64,000 bases of DNA. It comes from a virus. The position numbers and the translations under genes are program-made. Shown here in pieces: positions 16,487 to 26,388 of the stretch. Each line of letters opens with the position of its first letter. Within the stretch, counting starts at the first letter, position 1. The notes beneath the pieces are model-generated. The model saw only the letters and a list, made by a program, of their open reading frames with translations. It had not been told where the DNA came from and made no database searches. The stretch is taken from IMG/VR virus record IMGVR_UViG_3300015371_000010, positions 1 through 64,000 of that record; one strand, written 5' to 3'.

Positions 16487-16835
16487 GGGTCACGTCCAGG
16501 ACCGCCTTGAAGCTGCCGCTCACCAGGGTCTCGATGTCGGCGCCATCGTCCATCTGGAGGTCCCATACCCCCGACTTCTCCACCTCGCTACCGAGCCAGG
16601 TCGTCACGTCGTCACCGGGCCAGGCGAGCATCATCACCCCGTGCACCTCGTCCACAGCGGTGATCACGGCGTCCAGCGCGTCTGTGGCATTGGCGGCACT
16701 GCGGGCCATAGCCGTCAGAGTCGTTCCGGTCAGGTCGATAGGCCGACCAGCACGGGTGATGGTGATCTGCATCTTGTTGCTGTCTCCAGCTCGGATCCCG
16801 TCCAGATCCAGAGTGGCTGGTCCTAGCTGCACCAT
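16479..16835 (-). CDS. Tail fibre adaptor/BppU-like protein
   Basis: LD...GDS......PIDLTG...A..R...GVWDLQ....TLVSG.F.V..DVT pattern; GGAGG SD. Confidence 0.6.
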   Translation of the reverse strand: MVQLGPATLDLDGIRAGDSNKMQITITRAGRPIDLTGTTLTAMARSAANATDALDAVITAVDEVHGVMMLAWPGDDVTTWLGSEVEKSGVWDLQMDDGADIETLVSGSFKAVLDVTHG

Positions 16836-16920
16836 CGCTCCACCTCCGTCCTCAGGCTAACGAGCAGCGCTCGTCGTTACCGTGGAGATGATCAGAGATG
16901 GCCAGGAGAGGAGACTGGTG

Positions 16921-17172
16921 ATGGCTCCTCTTCGGGATCGACCTACCGCTGATGTGGTGATCGTCATCTTCACCATGGTGGTGGCCTTCGTGGTGATCAC
17001 CATCACCCTGGTCACGGTCATCTCTCTGTTGACCGGAAACTTCGATCATCTCAGCAACGTCTTGCAGGCGGTGGGGGATCTGACCGGTTCCCTGATCGCC
17101 CTGATCGTTGGTTATGTAGCCGGTCGAGGTACCAACGGCAATGACGGCCGAGGTAGTACTCCTGGAAGCTGA
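16921..17172 (+). CDS. 2-TM membrane protein
   Basis: Two hydrophobic segments; start uncertain (16882-16921). Confidence 0.6.
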   Translation: MAPLRDRPTADVVIVIFTMVVAFVVITITLVTVISLLTGNFDHLSNVLQAVGDLTGSLIALIVGYVAGRGTNGNDGRGSTPGS

Positions 17173-17231
17173 GGATGGATAACCTCCTAGGGAACTGACA
17201 CGTTTCAGTGAACTGAATAAGGAGACCCCCA

Positions 17232-18167
17232 GTGACCATCTATGACGATGTGCGAGCCAAGCTCGCCGAAGCTGAAGCCGGCTACCAGCAGCTCACTGCA
17301 GATCTGAACGCTGCCGAGCAGCAGATCATGACCCTGACCCAGCAGCTGGAGGAGTGCCAGGCTGCTCAGCAGCCGGAGACTCCGACCACTCCCACCCAGC
17401 CCCAGCCGACCGGAACCAAGATCGGCTGCTCCTGGAAGGGCACCGAGGGACTGCCGGCCTCGATCACCAAGATCGACTCCTACCGCTACTTCTTCCAGCC
17501 CGGGGACATGAAGTCGGCGAAGACCTGGGGTGGCAACGCCAGGACTGCCCACGACAAGTACGGCTGTCGGAACTTCTCGGTCTCCTTCAAGCCGGACTCG
17601 GCCTCGGCCAACCCACCGTTCGCAGCAGCCTCGATCACCAACATGACCAACTACCTGAAGTCCATCCCCAGCGATGTCCCCCGGGAGAACGTCTACGTGA
17701 CCTTCTACCACGAGCACGACGGGAACATCCGGGACGGCAGCTACTCCCTGGACCTGTACAAGAAGGGTTCCAAGCAGGTGGCTGACGTGGCGCACTCTCT
17801 GGGGATGAAGTACGGACCGATCCACAACGGCTGGCCGATGAAGATCTCGGAGTGGCAGTCCAAGGAGGCTGACGTGTCCCTCTACGACTTCTGGGGCGCG
17901 GACTGCTACTCCGACACCTACCAGGCCAGCTCTCCGTACATGGATGTGCTCAAGCAGTACGCGGACTCACTGAAGAAGCCGCTGTTGATCGGGGAGATGG
18001 CCTCTCCGGCTGAGTCTGGTTCCAAGCAGGAGGACTGGTGCAAGCAGGCCAGGACCTGGGCTCTGAAGAACACTGCGGTGGCCCACTACTGGTCCTCTCA
18101 GGTGGGGACCACCGGTACCAACTACCGGCTCTCTGACCAGGCCGCCAGGAACTGGTTCGGGGTCTAG
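17232..18167 (+). CDS. Glycoside hydrolase, clan GH-A (GH26-like), with N-terminal coiled coil and Pro/Thr linker
   Basis: VYVTFYHEHD (acid/base), DFWGADCY, KPLLIGEM (nucleophile); AAGGAG SD. Confidence 0.7.
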   Translation: MTIYDDVRAKLAEAEAGYQQLTADLNAAEQQIMTLTQQLEECQAAQQPETPTTPTQPQPTGTKIGCSWKGTEGLPASITKIDSYRYFFQPGDMKSAKTWGGNARTAHDKYGCRNFSVSFKPDSASANPPFAAASITNMTNYLKSIPSDVPRENVYVTFYHEHDGNIRDGSYSLDLYKKGSKQVADVAHSLGMKYGPIHNGWPMKISEWQSKEADVSLYDFWGADCYSDTYQASSPYMDVLKQYADSLKKPLLIGEMASPAESGSKQEDWCKQARTWALKNTAVAHYWSSQVGTTGTNYRLSDQAARNWFGV

Positions 18168-18630
18168 GAAGACCCGGAGGAGGCCACGATCTTGGGACGC
18201 CAGGTTCGTGGCCTCTTCTTCATGGCCTCTACATAGAGCCGGTACTGCTCCCTGGCCAGAGCGAATGGCTCCTTCGGAGCCTCCGTGTTCGCTTCGCTCA
18301 CGCTGTTCCTTCTGGGCATGGGTGACTCTTTAGGCTCAGCAGCCCTGCAGGTCACTCACACCTGAGATCTTCAAGTGCTTAGGGGCAGTGGGTACGGATC
18401 CACCCCGGTTGTCCTGTACAGCCGGTGACGTATCACGGAGCCGGCATCCTGGCTCTCCGGCCAGACCACGAGGGACCGCAGTGGACTTTGATGTACTACA
18501 CTGCACTCACTCGTGATCTGACACTCGCGACGCTAGGCCTCGATCCGCTCCTGGTCAAGCATGAGGAACCCCGGTGTATGGATGCCACCGGGGTTTCTCC
18601 ATGTCTGGACAGCGCCGGTGGACTAGACAC

Positions 18631-18786
18631 ATGCCTCGTCCGATGCCCGATACCAAGCGCCGCGACTTCATGGTCCTGTGCGTCGCGCTGGGTGCTCTCC
18701 TGGGTGCCGCGGCCGCCTTCACGGTGGTCGGCGTGCATGTAGTTGAAGTAGCCCTGAACAAGGTTGCCGGCATGGCCGAGAACTAG
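18631..18786 (+). CDS. Small membrane protein
   Basis: Single TM segment. Confidence 0.4.
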   Translation: MPRPMPDTKRRDFMVLCVALGALLGAAAAFTVVGVHVVEVALNKVAGMAEN

Positions 18787-18834
18787 TCCGCTCGGACCTG
18801 TTGACGCCTCCTCGAACAGGTGTACGGTCGCCAG

Positions 18835-19176
18835 ATGCCCACCGTCTGGGTCACCGCGAACCGGAAGCGTCGAACCCGCTTCCACCGCAGCCCAGACTGC
18901 CGGCAGCTGAAGAAGGCGCCTGCTCGTGGCGAGCGCCAGCCGGTCCAGGCCCTGGACCTGAACGACGTGGGCGTCCGCCCGTGCAAGACCTGCTACCCGG
19001 ACGCGCCGGCGCTCAAGATCTTCAAGCCCTACTGCCACAAGTGCCGCTCCCCCTACCCCTGCCGGCACAACGGCGGGATCGAGGTCGTGGACCGTCGTGG
19101 TCATCGTCGGTACGTGTGGCCGGACACCAACCAGGCACCGTACTACCGAGCGCAGGGGCTTGACTGCGTGTCGTAG
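18835..19176 (+). CDS. Zn-binding hypothetical protein
   Basis: RFH...DC..L...RPCKTC...CHKC...C.H. Confidence 0.6.
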   Translation: MPTVWVTANRKRRTRFHRSPDCRQLKKAPARGERQPVQALDLNDVGVRPCKTCYPDAPALKIFKPYCHKCRSPYPCRHNGGIEVVDRRGHRRYVWPDTNQAPYYRAQGLDCVS

Positions 19177-19240
19177 ATGCGATTGCATCATTGCATGTAG
19201 TGCATAGTGTGAAGGACGAGCACACGAGGGAGCATCCACA

Positions 19241-20539
19241 ATGCCCGCAGCACCTGCAGAGACCCTGTTGATCTCTGCCCTGCTCAATGGCCAGTGCGTC
19301 GGCACCGAGGTCCAGTACGGCATCACGGTCGGGGACTTCGAGGGGTACGCCGATGAGTTCAATTGGCTCACCAACTACGTGGCCACCTACGGGTGCCAGC
19401 CGACCCGGGACATCTTTCGGATCAGGTTCCCCGGCTTCATCTTCTCCGAGCACATAGATGTCCGGTCAGCGGCGGAGATGGTCCATCAGTCCGCCAACCG
19501 ACGCCGGATCAACACCGCGATTACCGAGGCGATGGACTCGCTCCACCTGGGTGATGCGACCGCCGCGTACGACCGGCTGGTCGCTGCGAAGCCGAAGCGG
19601 GCGCTGGCTCCGCCGCGTGCTCTACTCACCGACGCGGGACGACTAGAGGCCTGGGGCGACCGCCGGTTCGCCATCGAGCTGCCCTACCCCTCGCTGCAGC
19701 GCTGGACCGGCGGGATCCGGGCCGGCAACCTCTGGTACCTGGCGGCACGGCCCCAGCAGGGCAAGAGCGCCCATCTGGCCTCGATCTGCAAGTACGCCAT
19801 GCTCCAGGGCCACCGGATCCTGTTCTTCTCCCTGGAGATGAGCGAGGAGGAGGTGGTCGGCCGGTTCCATGCCGCACTGGCCACCGAGATGGGCTACCCC
19901 ACGCTGACCCTGACCGCGCTCCGGGACCGGCGGGTGGAGCTGGCCAGCTACCGGAAGTTCATCGGGGAGCTCGCAGAGAAGCTGGCCGATTGTGGTGGTG
20001 GTCTAGACATCCACACGCCGGCGGACGGCAAGGTCTCCCCGAGCACGGTGGCCTCCCGGTGCGGGGAGTACGACCTGACCTGCATCGACTACGTGGGGCT
20101 GATGGCCTCCGACGCCGGTGGCCGGGCCGTGGACGACTGGCGGGTGATGGCCACCATCTCCAACAGCCTGAAGGAGACTGCGCTGGCCCAGCCGGATGCC
20201 CGGCTGCTGGCCGCGGCCCAGATCAACCGGGAGGGCGACACCGGGAGTGCCCCTCCGAAGCTCAGAAACCTGGCTCAGAGCGACGCACTCGGCCAGGACG
20301 GGGATGTGGTCGTCACGATGCGTGCGAAGCCGCACAACGTCGCTACCACCTTCTCCCTGGAGAAGAACAGGCATGGGGTCAGTGGGACCTCGTTCCACAC
20401 CACCTTCGACCCGGACCGAGGCGCCTACGCCGAGATCTCCGCTGACCACGCGGAGGACCTGGTGATCAACGCCGAGGAACTGGCCATCAACCCCGGCCCG
20501 CCTGCTCTGCGGGTCATCAAGAGTGAGGACAAGCCATGA
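19241..20539 (+). CDS. dnaB: Replicative DnaB-like helicase
   Basis: Walker A AARPQQGKS, FFSLEMS, IDYVGLM, AQINRE, LAQSDALGQDGDVV, KNRHG. Confidence 0.92.
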   Translation: MPAAPAETLLISALLNGQCVGTEVQYGITVGDFEGYADEFNWLTNYVATYGCQPTRDIFRIRFPGFIFSEHIDVRSAAEMVHQSANRRRINTAITEAMDSLHLGDATAAYDRLVAAKPKRALAPPRALLTDAGRLEAWGDRRFAIELPYPSLQRWTGGIRAGNLWYLAARPQQGKSAHLASICKYAMLQGHRILFFSLEMSEEEVVGRFHAALATEMGYPTLTLTALRDRRVELASYRKFIGELAEKLADCGGGLDIHTPADGKVSPSTVASRCGEYDLTCIDYVGLMASDAGGRAVDDWRVMATISNSLKETALAQPDARLLAAAQINREGDTGSAPPKLRNLAQSDALGQDGDVVVTMRAKPHNVATTFSLEKNRHGVSGTSFHTTFDPDRGAYAEISADHAEDLVINAEELAINPGPPALRVIKSEDKP

Positions 20540-20682
20540 GTGCAGCAGCCGCCCAGACCATCGAACATGTCTGGCACCGCCCAGAGCCCCATTACTTCGA
20601 GGGGCTGAGGAACACCTGGGTCTGCAACCAGGTGAACTGCGATGGCGAGCACCACCACTACGTGCCATGTGGTCCGCGCTGA
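20536..20682 (+). CDS. Small His/Cys-rich protein
   Basis: ATGA overlap with the helicase stop, GAGGA SD, 48 aa. Confidence 0.4.
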   Translation: MSAAAAQTIEHVWHRPEPHYFEGLRNTWVCNQVNCDGEHHHYVPCGPR

Positions 20683-21503
20683 CCCTGTCCGAGGCGCTGC
20701 GGTACGGGAAGGGGATCGAACGGTCGTTCCTGTGCCCTGAGCACGGGGACAGCCGCCCCAGCGCCTCGGTGAACATCGCCAAGGGGGTCTGGTACTGCTA
20801 CACCTGCCATGCCCATGGAGACCTGACCGGCGACGCCAAGCTGGTCGAGCCGGACTACCAGAAGATGAAGCTCTGGCTGGACAACAAGCTGAGCGAGGGC
20901 ACGATCTACCCTGAGTCCTGGCTGTCTCGCTATGACGCCGGCCCGGTCCATCCCTACTGGCTGGGTCGTGTGGGGGAGGTGGCGGCTAGACACTTCCGTC
21001 TTGGGGTCGACGTGGGTGCCGAGGCCGTCACCTATCCCCTGCGCGACCCGGCTGGTCAGGTGCTGGGCGTGGTGCGTCGAGCCCTGGACTATGACGGCCA
21101 GGGCCCCAAGTACCGCTACCCCAAGGGCCTGGACATGGGCAGCCTGCTGTTCAACTACACCCCGGCGGCTCGGAACGCGGTGGTGCTCTGTGAGGGCGCG
21201 CTGGACGCGATCGCGCTGTGGAAGGTGGGCGTGGACGCCTTCGCCATCTACGGCTCTCGACTGTCCATGGCTCAGGTCATGCTGATCAACAAGATCGATC
21301 CCGAGTACGTCTACTGCTGCTACGACATGGACAAGGCCGGCTGGCAGGCCTACAAGGACACCGCGGACGCCTTCCCCGGTCGCCTGGTGGGCCGGCTCAC
21401 CTGGCCTCGGGCCTGGGGTGGGGACATCGACGAGATCGGTGAGGCGCGCCGAAAGAAAGTAGTGAATGAGCTTGTATCAACAGGACGTGCGTGCATAGCA
21501 TGA
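20667..21503 (+). CDS. dnaG: DNA primase (CHC2 Zn finger + TOPRIM)
   Basis: CPEHGDSRPS...WYCYTC; PKY; VLCEGALDAI; YDMDKAG. Confidence 0.9.
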   Translation: MWSALTLSEALRYGKGIERSFLCPEHGDSRPSASVNIAKGVWYCYTCHAHGDLTGDAKLVEPDYQKMKLWLDNKLSEGTIYPESWLSRYDAGPVHPYWLGRVGEVAARHFRLGVDVGAEAVTYPLRDPAGQVLGVVRRALDYDGQGPKYRYPKGLDMGSLLFNYTPAARNAVVLCEGALDAIALWKVGVDAFAIYGSRLSMAQVMLINKIDPEYVYCCYDMDKAGWQAYKDTADAFPGRLVGRLTWPRAWGGDIDEIGEARRKKVVNELVSTGRACIA

Positions 21504-21507
21504 GCAC

Positions 21508-21891
21508 ATGACCCAGCCAGACCTACTCGTGGCGCAGTACCTGAACGCCAAGACCGAGTACGACAAGGCCAAGGCCCACTACGAGGACCTGCAGGCCCAG
21601 GTGACCAAGCAGATGGAGGCAGACCACCGGAAGCGCTACAAGTGGAACCAGCAGGGCAAGGTCTGCACGCTCACCTTCGTGCAGCAGCACCAGACCGACA
21701 TCGATGAGCCAGGGCTGCGCAAGGCCCTGACCGCCAAGGTCTTCGATCGCTACACCAAGCGGGTGCTGGACCGAAAGGCGATGGAACTGGCCATGGACAC
21801 CGGCGAGGTCGACCCGGTCACGGTCAGCCGGTTCGTGGCCACGCGGCCCAAGAAGCCATTCCTGACCTACACCGAGAAGGAGGCGGAGTGA
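21508..21891 (+). CDS. Hypothetical protein (coiled-coil N-terminus)
   Basis: 127 aa, strong GC3 bias. Confidence 0.75.
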   Translation: MTQPDLLVAQYLNAKTEYDKAKAHYEDLQAQVTKQMEADHRKRYKWNQQGKVCTLTFVQQHQTDIDEPGLRKALTAKVFDRYTKRVLDRKAMELAMDTGEVDPVTVSRFVATRPKKPFLTYTEKEAE

Positions 21892-22187
21892 AGATCGTCG
21901 ACAGCAAGGAGATCAAGCGGAAGCCGAAGGTCTCTCCGGCCTCTCGGATGATCGAGGCCCTGCCGGCCGACCTGTTCTCGGCGCGCCAGGTGGCCGATCA
22001 CTTCGGCGTGAACATCGAGACCATCCGCCGGCTGGCCAGGGCCAAGGACAGCGATGGCAACCCCAAGTTCACCGCGCCGTCCAAGGCGGCCAAGAACGGA
22101 GATCTGGTCGTCTGGGTCTACACCCAGGACGACATCGATGAGCTCGCAGAGTACTTCGGAGAGAAGGCGAGGAAGGTGAGGAAGTAG
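21888..22187 (+). CDS. MerR-like/excisionase-like HTH protein
   Basis: FSARQVADHFGVNIETIRRL...VYTQDDIDEL. Confidence 0.7.
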   Translation: MKIVDSKEIKRKPKVSPASRMIEALPADLFSARQVADHFGVNIETIRRLARAKDSDGNPKFTAPSKAAKNGDLVVWVYTQDDIDELAEYFGEKARKVRK

Positions 22188-22432
22188 TGCCAGATGTGAT
22201 CAAGAAGGGAATGAAGGCATACGAGTTGTTCGAGGGAGACCAGATCACCGTGGGAATCACCGCAGAGATCTCAGTCGGTCGCGACAAGTCGTGGTGCAAG
22301 TACGAGGCGACAACCAAGCTTCGCAGTGGTGAGAGAGCAGAAGACGCCAGGACACGGGCCATCGGCCACGTCAACGAGAGCGTGATGGAAGTAGTAGCCA
22401 CAACAGTTGAGACGCAGAGGAGCTACAAGTGA
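22187..22432 (+). CDS. Hypothetical protein
   Basis: 81 aa tiled ORF. Confidence 0.6.
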   Translation: MPDVIKKGMKAYELFEGDQITVGITAEISVGRDKSWCKYEATTKLRSGERAEDARTRAIGHVNESVMEVVATTVETQRSYK

Positions 22433-23229
22433 GGTTCGGCAAGAGCAAGACGGAGGCGGCCGAAGAGCCTGGCCGCGGTGGCGGTGGGGACTTCATCCGC
22501 TACCTCAAGGATGGATCCACGACCTTCCGGATCCTGCAGGAGCAGGACGAGTGGGTCTACTTCTGGGAGCACTTCTCCCCGGCCGGGTTCTCCTTCCCGT
22601 GCCCGCGCAGCGCTGACGACCCGGTGGAGATGTGCCCGGGCTGCTCCAGCGACAACGACAAGATGCGCAAGGCGGGCCGGAAGATCGCCTTCAACGTGCT
22701 GCACAGCGTGAACGGCAACGAGTACATCGACGCCTTCAAGGTGGGCCCGATGGTCGCGGACAAGCTGGAGAACCGGATCAAGCGGTACGACACCATCACC
22801 GACCGGGACTACACGATCACCAAGTACAAGACCGGCAACGACCGCTGGGACTTCGACGTGGAGGGTGCCACGCCCACCCCGATCGACCTGCGCAAGGAGG
22901 AGTGGAAGGACATCGAGGCGATGCTCCAGCAGGCCTGGGACGACGCCTGGGGTGACCCGGAGGCGGCTGAGCGCAACAAGGCGGCTGCTGAGATGCAGAC
23001 CGCTCGCCCGCGCGCCACGATCGCGCCGGCGCCGAAGCGGGTGGCACCGAAGGAGGTTGCTCCCGAGGAGCCCCCTTTTGAGGAGAAGTCCTACCGAGAG
23101 GAGGACCTGCGGGCCATGGAGCTCCCCAAGTTGGTGGAGACGATCCGGGCCGACATGAAGGTGACCCCGCCGGAGACCCTCAAGACCAGCGATGAAGTGG
23201 TTGACTGGCTGATGGCCCTGCAGGGCTGA
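22429..23229 (+). CDS. Putative single-stranded DNA-binding protein (gp32-like, Zn site)
   Basis: FIRYLKDG...FRIL...H...FPC...CPGC; positioned between primase and polymerase. Confidence 0.6.
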   Translation: MRFGKSKTEAAEEPGRGGGGDFIRYLKDGSTTFRILQEQDEWVYFWEHFSPAGFSFPCPRSADDPVEMCPGCSSDNDKMRKAGRKIAFNVLHSVNGNEYIDAFKVGPMVADKLENRIKRYDTITDRDYTITKYKTGNDRWDFDVEGATPTPIDLRKEEWKDIEAMLQQAWDDAWGDPEAAERNKAAAEMQTARPRATIAPAPKRVAPKEVAPEEPPFEEKSYREEDLRAMELPKLVETIRADMKVTPPETLKTSDEVVDWLMALQG

Positions 23230-23306
23230 GACGTGGGTGGGGCCGGCGACTGATCCCCCGGCCGACCCCACTCACCATTACCCAACGATCTACTAGGACA
23301 CGGGTT

Positions 23307-26060
23307 ATGAAGATCATCCCTGCGCAGCGGCCCTGGCGTATCGAGCCCACGGTCACCGATGCCAAGTTCTGGCACCTGCACGCGCACAGCCGGTACTCCT
23401 ACAACGACGCGATGAGCCACGTCGAGGCGATGGTCAGGCAGGTCGCCGGCTACGGGCAGCCGGCGCTGGCGATCACCGACCACGGCAACATGGCGGCCAG
23501 TGTGGAGCTGTACCAGGCCTGCCAGCGCTACGGCATCAAGCCGTTCCCGGGCTCCGAGTTGTACTTCGTGCCCGAGACCGCCCAGTACCGGGCGGACCGG
23601 GCCACCAAGGACCTGAAGTCGACCATGTACCACCTGGGCGTGGTGGCCTACACCAGCGTCGGCTACGAGAACCTGGTCCGGCTGAGCACCAACAGCCACA
23701 AGAATCATCACTGGAAGCCGCTTGTCGACTACCAGATGTTGGCCCAGATGGCGGAGGATGGTCACACCGAAGGGCTAGCGGTCACCACCGGTTGCTACTA
23801 CGGGTACCTGGCGCAGACATTGCTGGCTCAGGGCGAGGAGCCGGCGTTGCAGTTCTTGCACACGCTGTCCTCCTGGTTCCCGGACGGCGTCTACGTCGAG
23901 GTGCAGAACCACCACATCACCCACGACGAAGGCAGCACCGATGACCAACTGGCCGATGCGTTGGTCGGACTGGCGGACCAAGCGGGCCTCCCGGTCGTCC
24001 TCACGCAGGACTCGCACTACCTGGCGCCCGAGGACCGCGCGGACCATGACGGGCTCAAGAGGCTGGTTTCTTTCGGACCCGATCCCGATGACGCGGTATT
24101 CCCAGGAGACGGCTTTCATCTGTGTGATGCCCAGTGGATCGCCCAGCACCACGGTCACCGTCGCCTTGCCCGAGGCATGGAGGGACTCGCAGATCTCCTC
24201 GGCCGGCATCGGCTCGGGATACCTGTACTTGACTCTTATTCGTACGCCGTCCCCGAAGTTGTAGCCGACCCGCAGCGGGCCATGGTGAGCCGGGCCCAGG
24301 CGGCGTTGGAGGGCATGTGGGCGCCCAAGGACCCACCGCCGCGGTACCAGGCCAAGCTGAACGAGGAGATCGAGGTCATCGAGGCCTCGGGAATGGCCGG
24401 CTACCTGATGCTGGTCTGCCAGGTCACCGACTGGCTACGCGGCCAGGACATCATGTTCCAGACCCGAGGCAGTGCGGCCGGCTCCATGGTCTGCTGGCTG
24501 CTGGGCATCTCGAACGTGGATCCGATCAAGTGGAACCTTCGCTTCGAGCGGTTCCTGAGCAAGGATCGCACCAAGCCCCCGGACGTGGACTTGGACGTGG
24601 CCCACGACCGTCGCGACGAGCTCATCGAGATGCTCAACCTCAGATTCACTGCTCATCAGATCGGGTCGTGGGCCACTTACTCCCTGAATGACACCGAGGA
24701 CGAGTTCGGCGACACCCAGCGAGGGTCTCTGCGTGTCCGGTACTTCACTGCAGCAGGAAAGAAGGACGAGGGGGCCACCTCCTGGGGTGAGGTTCCTGCA
24801 GAGGACAAGGCCATGTTGTCGTCGCTCTCCGATCGCCACCTCTACAAGGGTATGGGCACGAATGCCGCCGGAATAGTACTCACCAGTACCCAGGCGGAGT
24901 TCGACCGACTCGTGCCGATGGCGCATATGACCCGGCCTGGGGGCAAGACCGGGCTGGTCACCCAGTACTCCAAGGACCAGATCGAGGCGCTGGGCCTGGT
25001 CAAGCTGGATGCCCTCGGGCTGAAGACCATGACGGTGCTGGACCGCACCATGCGGCTGCTGAACCTGGACCTGGCCCGGATCAACGACATCACCTACAAG
25101 GACCAGCCCACCTACCAGCTGATCCGCTCGGGCAGCACCGAGGGCATCTTTCAGCTGGAGGGCCGCTCCACGATGTGGGGGCTGCGGGACCTGAAGCCGA
25201 CCAGCATCAAGGACGTGATCGCGGCCATGGCGCTGTTCCGGCCGGCGACCATGAACACCGGTGCGACCAGGGCGTTCATCGCGCGCAAGCATCGTCAGCA
25301 GGCCCTGCCGCTGCGGCATCAGCTGATCATGGCGGTCACCAAGGACACCAACGGGATCATGCTCTACCAGGAGCAGGTGATCGACCTGCTGCGTGGGCTG
25401 GGCATGGACGCGGACAACCTGACCATCTTCCTCAAGGCGGTCAAGGCCTCGAACAAGGACATCGGCAGCGCTGGTGCGGTGATCGAGACCTACCAGGAGT
25501 GGATCCGCAACGCCTGTGAGGCCGTGGGCATGAGTCAGCTGGACCAGCAGTACCTCCACGACGCCATCGCCGGCTTCAGCGAGTACGGCTTCAACCGTGC
25601 CCACGCGACGGTGTATGGGATCACTGCGTACCGGATGGCGTACCTCGCTGCACGGCACCCACTGGAGTTCCACACCGCGCTGTTGGGCGTGGCCAGTGGT
25701 GGCGAGGCCAAGAAGGAGGACCGGTACCTGAGAGCAACCCGTCGGAGGCAGATTCGGGTGCTGGCTCCGGACATCAACGTCTCGGGAGCCACCTACTCCA
25801 TCGACGCTGCTCGCGGGGCCATCCGCAAAGGGCTGCAAAGCATAGACGGCGTGGGATCGATCTCCGCGGCGCGTCTGGAGGCCTTGCAACCCTTCACTGA
25901 TCTTGACGACCTGGTCGCCAAGGCGGCTGAGCATCACATCTCTGGGTTCAAGGAGTATGACGGCACTCTCGATTCCCTTACTGGGATCTTAGGCAAGCTC
26001 CACGCCTCTGGGTGCCTAACCAGGCTGACCAATGTGAGGAGGATCGATGCACAGATGTGA
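23307..26060 (+). CDS. dnaE: DNA polymerase III alpha subunit (C-family)
   Basis: PHP motifs HLHAHSRYS and ITDHG; RGSAAGS, FERFL, PDVDLD, KLDALGL, YQEQ, YGFNRAHA. Confidence 0.95.
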   Translation: MKIIPAQRPWRIEPTVTDAKFWHLHAHSRYSYNDAMSHVEAMVRQVAGYGQPALAITDHGNMAASVELYQACQRYGIKPFPGSELYFVPETAQYRADRATKDLKSTMYHLGVVAYTSVGYENLVRLSTNSHKNHHWKPLVDYQMLAQMAEDGHTEGLAVTTGCYYGYLAQTLLAQGEEPALQFLHTLSSWFPDGVYVEVQNHHITHDEGSTDDQLADALVGLADQAGLPVVLTQDSHYLAPEDRADHDGLKRLVSFGPDPDDAVFPGDGFHLCDAQWIAQHHGHRRLARGMEGLADLLGRHRLGIPVLDSYSYAVPEVVADPQRAMVSRAQAALEGMWAPKDPPPRYQAKLNEEIEVIEASGMAGYLMLVCQVTDWLRGQDIMFQTRGSAAGSMVCWLLGISNVDPIKWNLRFERFLSKDRTKPPDVDLDVAHDRRDELIEMLNLRFTAHQIGSWATYSLNDTEDEFGDTQRGSLRVRYFTAAGKKDEGATSWGEVPAEDKAMLSSLSDRHLYKGMGTNAAGIVLTSTQAEFDRLVPMAHMTRPGGKTGLVTQYSKDQIEALGLVKLDALGLKTMTVLDRTMRLLNLDLARINDITYKDQPTYQLIRSGSTEGIFQLEGRSTMWGLRDLKPTSIKDVIAAMALFRPATMNTGATRAFIARKHRQQALPLRHQLIMAVTKDTNGIMLYQEQVIDLLRGLGMDADNLTIFLKAVKASNKDIGSAGAVIETYQEWIRNACEAVGMSQLDQQYLHDAIAGFSEYGFNRAHATVYGITAYRMAYLAARHPLEFHTALLGVASGGEAKKEDRYLRATRRRQIRVLAPDINVSGATYSIDAARGAIRKGLQSIDGVGSISAARLEALQPFTDLDDLVAKAAEHHISGFKEYDGTLDSLTGILGKLHASGCLTRLTNVRRIDAQM

Positions 26061-26388
26061 GGCGTTGGTGGGGATGACCAACGTGATCAGCAACCGGACC
26101 ATCTACGTGCCGTGCGGTCGGGTGGACGCCGAGCTGCACCACAAGGTGACCAGGGCGCGGGGTGGATTGATCCTGGACCAGTCCGGTGAGACCTACCACC
26201 ACATGTACCTGTGCCGGCACCACCACAACGTTGCGCATGACGCACCAGCGTTCGAGAACGGCCTGCTGATCCGGGGCACGGTGATCACCGGTGCCGATGG
26301 TCGGCCGTTGTACTCCGGGCCCGATGAGTACCTCACCGAGCACTACGGGAGACGAGATGCGATTCGCGGACACGACCAAGCTAGTTGA
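26047..26388 (+). CDS. HNH-like endonuclease
   Basis: C...C...ELHHKVTRARGG...LCRHHHNVAH. Confidence 0.65.
   Translation: MHRCEALVGMTNVISNRTIYVPCGRVDAELHHKVTRARGGLILDQSGETYHHMYLCRHHHNVAHDAPAFENGLLIRGTVITGADGRPLYSGPDEYLTEHYGRRDAIRGHDQAS

Noticed and set aside
21888-22187. Excisionase indicating a prophage
   Set aside because: No integrase, att site or host gene in the window; lifestyle cannot be determined
23232-23276. tRNA or structured RNA upstream of dnaE
   Set aside because: Only a single imperfect hairpin; no cloverleaf or T-loop motif. No tRNA gene was recognised anywhere in the window.
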